A DNA stretch of 64,000 bases, taken from positions 51,740 to 115,739 of the IMG/VR virus record IMGVR_UViG_3300021400_001346. The stretch is one strand, 5' to 3'. Under the pieces are notes generated by a model. The model saw only the letters and a list, made by a program, of their open reading frames with translations. It searched no databases and had not been told where the DNA came from. This stretch comes from a virus. Lineage: Duplodnaviria > Caudoviricetes. Shown one piece after another: positions 55,292 through 64,000 of this stretch. Position numbers and translations under genes: made by a program. Numbering within the stretch: the stretch's first letter is position 1; the number at the start of each line of letters is the position of its first letter.

Positions 55292-56017
55292 ATGGCGCGT
55301 TTAAGCACTAATCAAATACGTGACCTAATCGCCGCGAAAGGGAAGTTTAGTCTAGTTTCAGATGAAGGCTATGAGAATATTCATAGCCGCATTTTAGTCA
55401 GATGTGATAAAGGACATCTGTTTGAAACTTGTATCGCTGATGTGCGCCATCCTTCTTTTGCTTGCCCTCAATGCAATCGACACCTGGATTTCATTAATCC
55501 CGCGGCCGTACCTCAAAAGCGTGGCTACAGACTTATTGCCTTTGATCAAGCAACTGAGAAGTTCGGATTAAGTATTTATGAAGACGGCAAACTAATTTTT
55601 TATAGTTTGTATCAATTCAGCGGCGACGTAACTGCCCGCTTAAGCCAAATTAATAAGTTCGTTCGTGATATCGTAATCGCGCAATGAAGGCCTGATTACA
55701 TTGTCATGGAGGATATTCAATATCAACAAAACGGATTAATGACTTTTAAGGTATTAGCCATGTTGCTTGGCATCTGTGAAATTGCATGCCGCGACAATGA
55801 TGTTCCTTATGAAGTAGTTTCTCCTAACGTTTGAAGAAAATATGCCGGCACCGCTGGTAAGACTCGCCGCGAAGAAAAATTGCTCTCCGTGGGAAAAGTT
55901 AAAGAACAGTATGGTGTTATTGTATCAGATGACATCGCAGAAGCAATTTTAATTGGAAGCTATGGGATTAGGATGCACCAAGGTGCGCCGCTCAAAATGG
56001 CTTTCGGAGGTAAGTAG
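55292..56017 (+). CDS. ruvC: RuvC-like Holliday junction resolvase with N-terminal zinc ribbon, 241 aa, 2 TGA(Trp)
   Basis: CDKGH...CPQC; [34 protein letters not shown]. Confidence 0.8.
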
Positions 56018-56019
56018 AA

Positions 56020-58995
56020 ATGGCAATGGATTATCAAGACTATAAGTATGTATACCATTCTTTACATAAAAACAAACCACAACATATTGTCATTAATCCA
56101 GACATACCAGTAGGAGTAACACCTCCTGCCTTTAATGGTATTGAATTAGATGGCAAGATTTATGAAATTAAGTTTCCAGCAACAGTTATAGGTAATCCAG
56201 AGATTCCAACTGGCGTCAGACCAACCAATTTGGTTTCGATGCAAATTAATGAGGAATACTATGTTTTCCAATCCGGTCCTACTGGAGCTGTTGGTCCAAC
56301 TGGTCCAATAGGTCCTTATGTTAATCGTTTAGAGTTTATTGAATACGATGAACAAGGAAACGGTATTTATAAAGCACATCTTTCTGATGGTTCAGAAATT
56401 ACTGGATATGTCACTTTACTCGCAGGTCCAGTCGGCCCTACAGGTGCAGTTGGTCCTACCGGTCCACAAGGTGAAGTTGGTCCTACTGGTGCAGTCGGTC
56501 CAACTGGTGAAGTTGGTCCAATAGGCCCCACTGGTTTAACACCAGACGCTTACTCAATCGAGGCGGGTAATAATGGCATTTACATTTATGACCCAAGCGG
56601 TAACGCGGTCTTCGTCTCTACTGTCGGCCCAACTGGATCAACCGGTCTAATCGGCCCTACCGGAGCCACTGGCGCCACAGGAGAAATAGGTCCAATCGGT
56701 CCAACTGGAGCTACTGGTGATATTGGTCCAACAGGTTCAACTGGTCCAACAGGTGCCACAGGCTCTGTCGGTCCAACTGGTGCAAAAGGTGATAAAGGAG
56801 ATAAGGGAGACAAGGGCGATAAAGGCGATAAAGGTGATACTGGAGACATCGGTCCTACCGGCTTAACTCCAGATTCATATAGTATTGAAAGTGCTAATAA
56901 TGGCATATATATTTACGACCCTAGTGGAAACGCTGTCTTTGTTAGCACAATTGGTCCAACCGGTCCTACTGGTGCAACAGGCGCGAAGGGCGAAACTGGA
57001 GACGTTGGTCCAGTCGGTCCTACAGGTGAAAAAGGTAATACTGGAGACATTGGTCCGACCGGTCTTACAGGCCCAACTGGAGCTAAAGGTGACCAAGGAA
57101 ATATAGGTCCTACGGGTTCTACTGGTGCAGTGGGTCCGCAAGGTCCAACTGGTGCAAAAGGAGAAGAAGGTAATATAGGTCCAACTGGTTCAATTGGTCC
57201 TACTGGAGCAACAGGTAGCGTAGGTCCAACTGGCTCTACTGGTGCAACGGGTCCTGTCGGCCCCACTGGTTCAACAGGCGCAACCGGTCTTCAAGGTCCA
57301 ACAGGTGAAAAAGGTGCTACTGGCAATATAGGCCCTGTCGGTCCAACCGGTTTAACACCAGATTCATATAGCATTGAGACCAGCAATAACGGCATTTATA
57401 TTTATGACCCAAATGGAAATGCGGTTTATGTATCTACTATTGGTCCAACAGGTCCAACTGGGCCTACCGGAGCAAAAGGTGAAATAGGTAATGTTGGTCC
57501 AACTGGTGCAAAAGGAGACATTGGTCCTATTGGCCCAACTGGTGCAACCGGAACTAGCATTATTTCAGTTGTAAAAACAAGTACTAGCGGGCTCACTGAT
57601 ACTTATACCATTAGTTTTGACGACGGTACAAGCACTACTTTTACTGTTAAAAATGGCAAAGGCATTAATACAATTACAAAAACCAGCACATCTGGTTTAA
57701 TTGATACATATACAATTACTTTTAATGACGGAACAACTACTACCTTCACTGTTACAAATGGTGCAAAAGGAGACACTGGTCCTGTTGGTCCAACTGGTGC
57801 AGAAGGTATTCAAGGAAAAGTTGGTCCAACTGGTGCCATTGGTCCTATTGGCCCAACGGGAACAACTGGAGCTACTGGTGGAACTGGTCCTCAAGGTCCA
57901 ACCGGGGCTAAAGGTGAAACTGGAAGCACAGGTCCTATTGGTCCAACGGGTTTAACACCAGATTCATACTCAATTGAAACCGCAAATAACGGAATTTATA
58001 TATATAATCCTTTAGGCGAAGCAGTGTTTGTTTCTACACTTGGTCCAACAGGCCCAACCGGAGCTAAGGGAAACACTGGCGCCGTCGGACCTACAGGTTC
58101 TACTGGAAGTACTGGTCCTCAAGGTCCTACCGGAGAGAAAGGTAGCACGGGTAACGTAGGCCCAATCGGTCCTACTGGTGCGAAGGGTGATCAAGGTAAT
58201 ACTGGTCCAACGGGGGCTAAAGGTGAAACAGGACTTCAAGGTCCAACCGGAGCCACTGGTGGAAATGGTCCTGTTGGTCCAACTGGAGCAACTGGTGAAA
58301 CAGGTTCTCAAGGCCCAACTGGAGCGAAAGGTAATACTGGAAATACTGGTCCAACCGGTGCAAAAGGTGATATTGGCAATGTAGGTCCAACTGGTTCTAC
58401 AGGGGCTAAAGGTGAGACTGGTAATGTTGGTCCAACCGGTTCAACAGGCGCACAAGGTAATGTTGGTCCAACAGGTGCAAAAGGTAATACTGGTAACGTT
58501 GGTCCTATTGGTCCAACTGGTTTAACACCAGATGCATATAGTATTGAAAGTGCTAATAATGGCATTTACATATATAATCCTAGCGGACAAGCAGTCTTCG
58601 TTAGTACGATTGGTCCAACTGGTCCAACAGGAGCAAAGGGAAATACAGGTAATACTGGTCCAACTGGAGCTACTGGAAGTACTGGTCCAGTTGGTCCTAC
58701 TGGTGCCAAGGGTAATACTGGAAATACTGGTCCTCAAGGCCCAACAGGTGCAACTGGAAGCACAGGTAATACTGGTCCACAAGGCCCTACTGGTGCCACT
58801 GGAAATACCGGTCCACAAGGTCCAACAGGTGCTAAGGGAAATACTGGTAATACAGGCCCAACTGGTCCAACAGGTGCCGCAGGTTTAACTACACAAATTG
58901 AAGTAAATGGCACCACTTATACACAAAGCGGTGGAAAAATTACATTACCTAATTATCCCAGTATTGAAATAGTAGATTTGACTGGAGCTAATTAG
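56020..58995 (+). CDS. Collagen-like fibre protein, 991 aa, five 30-aa modules and two Thr-rich repeats
   Basis: Extensive GPT-dominated G-X-Y; modules start at 56536, 56863, 57352, 57952, 58522; tandem KTSTSGL.DTYTI.F.DGT.TTFTV.NG repeats. Confidence 0.92.
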   Translation: MAMDYQDYKYVYHSLHKNKPQHIVINPDIPVGVTPPAFNGIELDGKIYEIKFPATVIGNPEIPTGVRPTNLVSMQINEEYYVFQSGPTGAVGPTGPIGPYVNRLEFIEYDEQGNGIYKAHLSDGSEITGYVTLLAGPVGPTGAVGPTGPQGEVGPTGAVGPTGEVGPIGPTGLTPDAYSIEAGNNGIYIYDPSGNAVFVSTVGPTGSTGLIGPTGATGATGEIGPIGPTGATGDIGPTGSTGPTGATGSVGPTGAKGDKGDKGDKGDKGDKGDTGDIGPTGLTPDSYSIESANNGIYIYDPSGNAVFVSTIGPTGPTGATGAKGETGDVGPVGPTGEKGNTGDIGPTGLTGPTGAKGDQGNIGPTGSTGAVGPQGPTGAKGEEGNIGPTGSIGPTGATGSVGPTGSTGATGPVGPTGSTGATGLQGPTGEKGATGNIGPVGPTGLTPDSYSIETSNNGIYIYDPNGNAVYVSTIGPTGPTGPTGAKGEIGNVGPTGAKGDIGPIGPTGATGTSIISVVKTSTSGLTDTYTISFDDGTSTTFTVKNGKGINTITKTSTSGLIDTYTITFNDGTTTTFTVTNGAKGDTGPVGPTGAEGIQGKVGPTGAIGPIGPTGTTGATGGTGPQGPTGAKGETGSTGPIGPTGLTPDSYSIETANNGIYIYNPLGEAVFVSTLGPTGPTGAKGNTGAVGPTGSTGSTGPQGPTGEKGSTGNVGPIGPTGAKGDQGNTGPTGAKGETGLQGPTGATGGNGPVGPTGATGETGSQGPTGAKGNTGNTGPTGAKGDIGNVGPTGSTGAKGETGNVGPTGSTGAQGNVGPTGAKGNTGNVGPIGPTGLTPDAYSIESANNGIYIYNPSGQAVFVSTIGPTGPTGAKGNTGNTGPTGATGSTGPVGPTGAKGNTGNTGPQGPTGATGSTGNTGPQGPTGATGNTGPQGPTGAKGNTGNTGPTGPTGAAGLTTQIEVNGTTYTQSGGKITLPNYPSIEIVDLTGAN

Positions 58996-58996
58996 T

Positions 58997-60661
58997 ATGA
59001 AATATACAATTTACTATAAGGGAGATAAAGTTAAACTATTCAATGACGATTATAATTATGTAATTAATATGTATAAAGCAGCTAATGCCTCCTCTTGTTC
59101 AGTAGATACTGGAGGAGACATTACATTATCAAATGGTGATATCTTACATATTAATGAAAAGAATGGACCTTTAGATTATGAACAAAATACTTATGGTATT
59201 GGTTTTACTTTAGAAAGTGGAACAAATGTTGTAGCGGTTATGTCTATTGATGATCTTAGTTATTATACGATTAATAATTGTTTTTATGGCATTAATAGTT
59301 TATATAAAAATTGAAATGTACTTTCTTTATATCAAATATCCACTTCTGGATTTTACGATAAAATGGCGCACCAAGGCTCAGATGCAGCAAAAAATTATTT
59401 TTGGCAACATAGTGTGTTTTATGGTGCAATTATATTAAAATCAAACAAATGGCAATTAGCTATTAATAATGTTTATTCTGGTCAAAGTTTTAGATTATCA
59501 TCTGGTGAACGTATTACTATTAGCGGTTTTATGCCACCAGTATATGGTGAATCAGCGATATATTATGTACGCTCCAGCGGAGCTAATAGTGCAGGTTATT
59601 ATATTTCTGAAGTTGATGAAAACTGAAGACAAACTTCTTATAATGTAAGTTGATGTACTGGTTATTTTGACCCAGTTCGTTTACAAGAAGACGATGAAAT
59701 TCATATTTATCATATGGGTGAAACGGAATGATACGATTTAACTCCCCAAGAAGGTGACGAATGAGATAGCAGTCATGGAATTCCTGAGTCTATTGCACAA
59801 AGAGAATTTAATTTATTATGCACTTTTAAAATTATTAATCAAAAGTGGGTATTAATGAAAGATTATTCCACAGGCTCTATCCCTCAAACATGTTCAGTCG
59901 AAGATGGAGGAAATTTTGTATTAGAAAATAATGATATATTATATATCAATGAACAAAATGGATTATTGACTCACGGTCCTTATGGTGATGAAGAGTGTTA
60001 TGGCATTGAACTTACTTTAGCAAGTGGACATGAATTTATGGCAGTATTATTAATGCCAAATAACTCATGACACACTCAAATGTCTATTTATGGAACTTTC
60101 TTTGATATTGACGCTGAATATGAAGAAGGTAATATTATACACATTTATGATTTAAGTGCATGTGATTCTTATGAAGATTTAGGAGATAATGGTTATTCAA
60201 ATGAACATGAATTTTTATCACATCCAGGAGTCATTTGCAATGCCGTATTAGTTTTACAAGACAATGAATGAGTATTAACTGATGACCCTTATTATCTTGG
60301 TCAATATTTAACATTAAATTCTGGTGAAGAAATTTTTGTTAGTGGTCAAATGGCAGAATATGATGACATTGGATTGTATTTTACTCTTAGTAGTGGTCGT
60401 ACGAGTTTAGCATTATATTATGATGCTAGCCAAAGAAAGTATACTAGACATTCTTCATACAACTGATTAGCTCCTACTCCAGCCGCAGAAGGTGATTGCA
60501 TTTATATTTTCCTTTATTATGAAGGCGAAGATTATTCACAATATACTAGTGATTATGATTTTCATGAGTTAGATTTTGATGCAGCTGAACAATTCACAGA
60601 GCATCTTTGTACATTACAAAGAGTAAATAATCAATGAAAGGTAGTAGAGGATAATTCATAA
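58997..60661 (+). CDS. Internally duplicated hypothetical protein, 554 aa, 9 TGA(Trp)
   Basis: Four track ORFs co-framed; open to TAA 60659-60661, which overlaps the next ATG; two homologous halves. Confidence 0.82.
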
Positions 60662-61230
60662 TGATAGCACCTGAAATAATAAAACAAGCTGAAAAAGTAT
60701 ATCAATACTTACAACCATATTGCATCGCTATTTATCTCGGCGGTTCTTATTGCCAAGATTTTATTCAAAATAAAGGCGATGTAGACTTTATTTGTTTCGC
60801 AGACGAACCCGTCAATATGTGTCATATTCGTCGACTTTTGTTCTTTTATCAAAAGAAACATGCATTGCCAGAAAATTATGACTTTATACAAGTTCGCACA
60901 AAACAACGTGAAGAACATGCATATGGCTCTTATATAAATAAACAAATGATAAAGTTAATAGGGGAAGATATTGATTTTAAATTTGATGTAATCAATCAAA
61001 ACAGAGTAGAATATATACAGATTTTAAAACAAACTATTGAAAAATTAAATACTGGTAAAATTCGCAATCAAAAAAGATGATACCAAGTTTTGCGTGGCTA
61101 CTACATCTTAAAACACAACAGTTATGATTTAACAGATGAAGAAATCGCGATTATTAATATGGTCCATGACCAACAACCAGGCTGAGAACAGTATAAAATT
61201 ACTGTGCAAGATATTGAGGAGGTAAAATAA
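60661..61230 (+). CDS. Pol-beta-superfamily nucleotidyltransferase, 189 aa, 2 TGA(Trp)
   Basis: AIYLGGSY...GDVDFI (GS + DxD) motif and a helical C-terminal domain. Confidence 0.75.

Positions 61231-64000
<2,770 letters not shown>

Noticed and set aside
56020-58995. CRISPR array or non-coding tandem repeat
   Set aside because: Repeats are 9/18-nt codon-periodic with third-position variation and encode G-X-Y collagen; there is no constant repeat/unique spacer pattern.

Overview
This 64 kb window is a segment of a large, AT-rich (roughly one-third G+C) tailed dsDNA phage with siphovirus/SPbeta-like gene order. The host is probably an anaerobic Bacillota/Bacilli-type bacterium, inferred from AGGAG ribosome-binding sites, TTGACA/TATAAT promoters and a class III ribonucleotide reductase. 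The phage reads TGA as tryptophan (code 4), so the supplied code-11 ORF track fragments or misses many genes; the corrected models below end only in TAA/TAG. Layout: 1-24.4 kb (+) holds head, neck and tail genes with an inserted glutaredoxin-nrdD-nrdG cassette. 24.4-51.7 kb (-) holds the replication/nucleotide block (DnaE, RecJ, primase, helicase, annealing protein, SSB, type II topoisomerase, UvrD, RNase H, uracil permease) plus a collagen fibre. 51.8-64 kb holds a peptidase, lipoprotein, two holin-like genes, RuvC, collagen fibres, a nucleotidyltransferase and a 3'-truncated tail fibre. Most notable signals: (i) very uneven TGA-Trp use between genes, with TGAs in the first codons of both lysis genes; (ii) a strongly over-represented interrupted palindrome TCGC(G/C)GCGA (GCSGC core) on both strands and in several frames; (iii) a 30-aa module repeated nine times across three GPT-collagen fibre genes; (iv) hairpin-bearing inverted repeats flanking a lipoprotein gene. 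All counts are by hand and no database searches were run.
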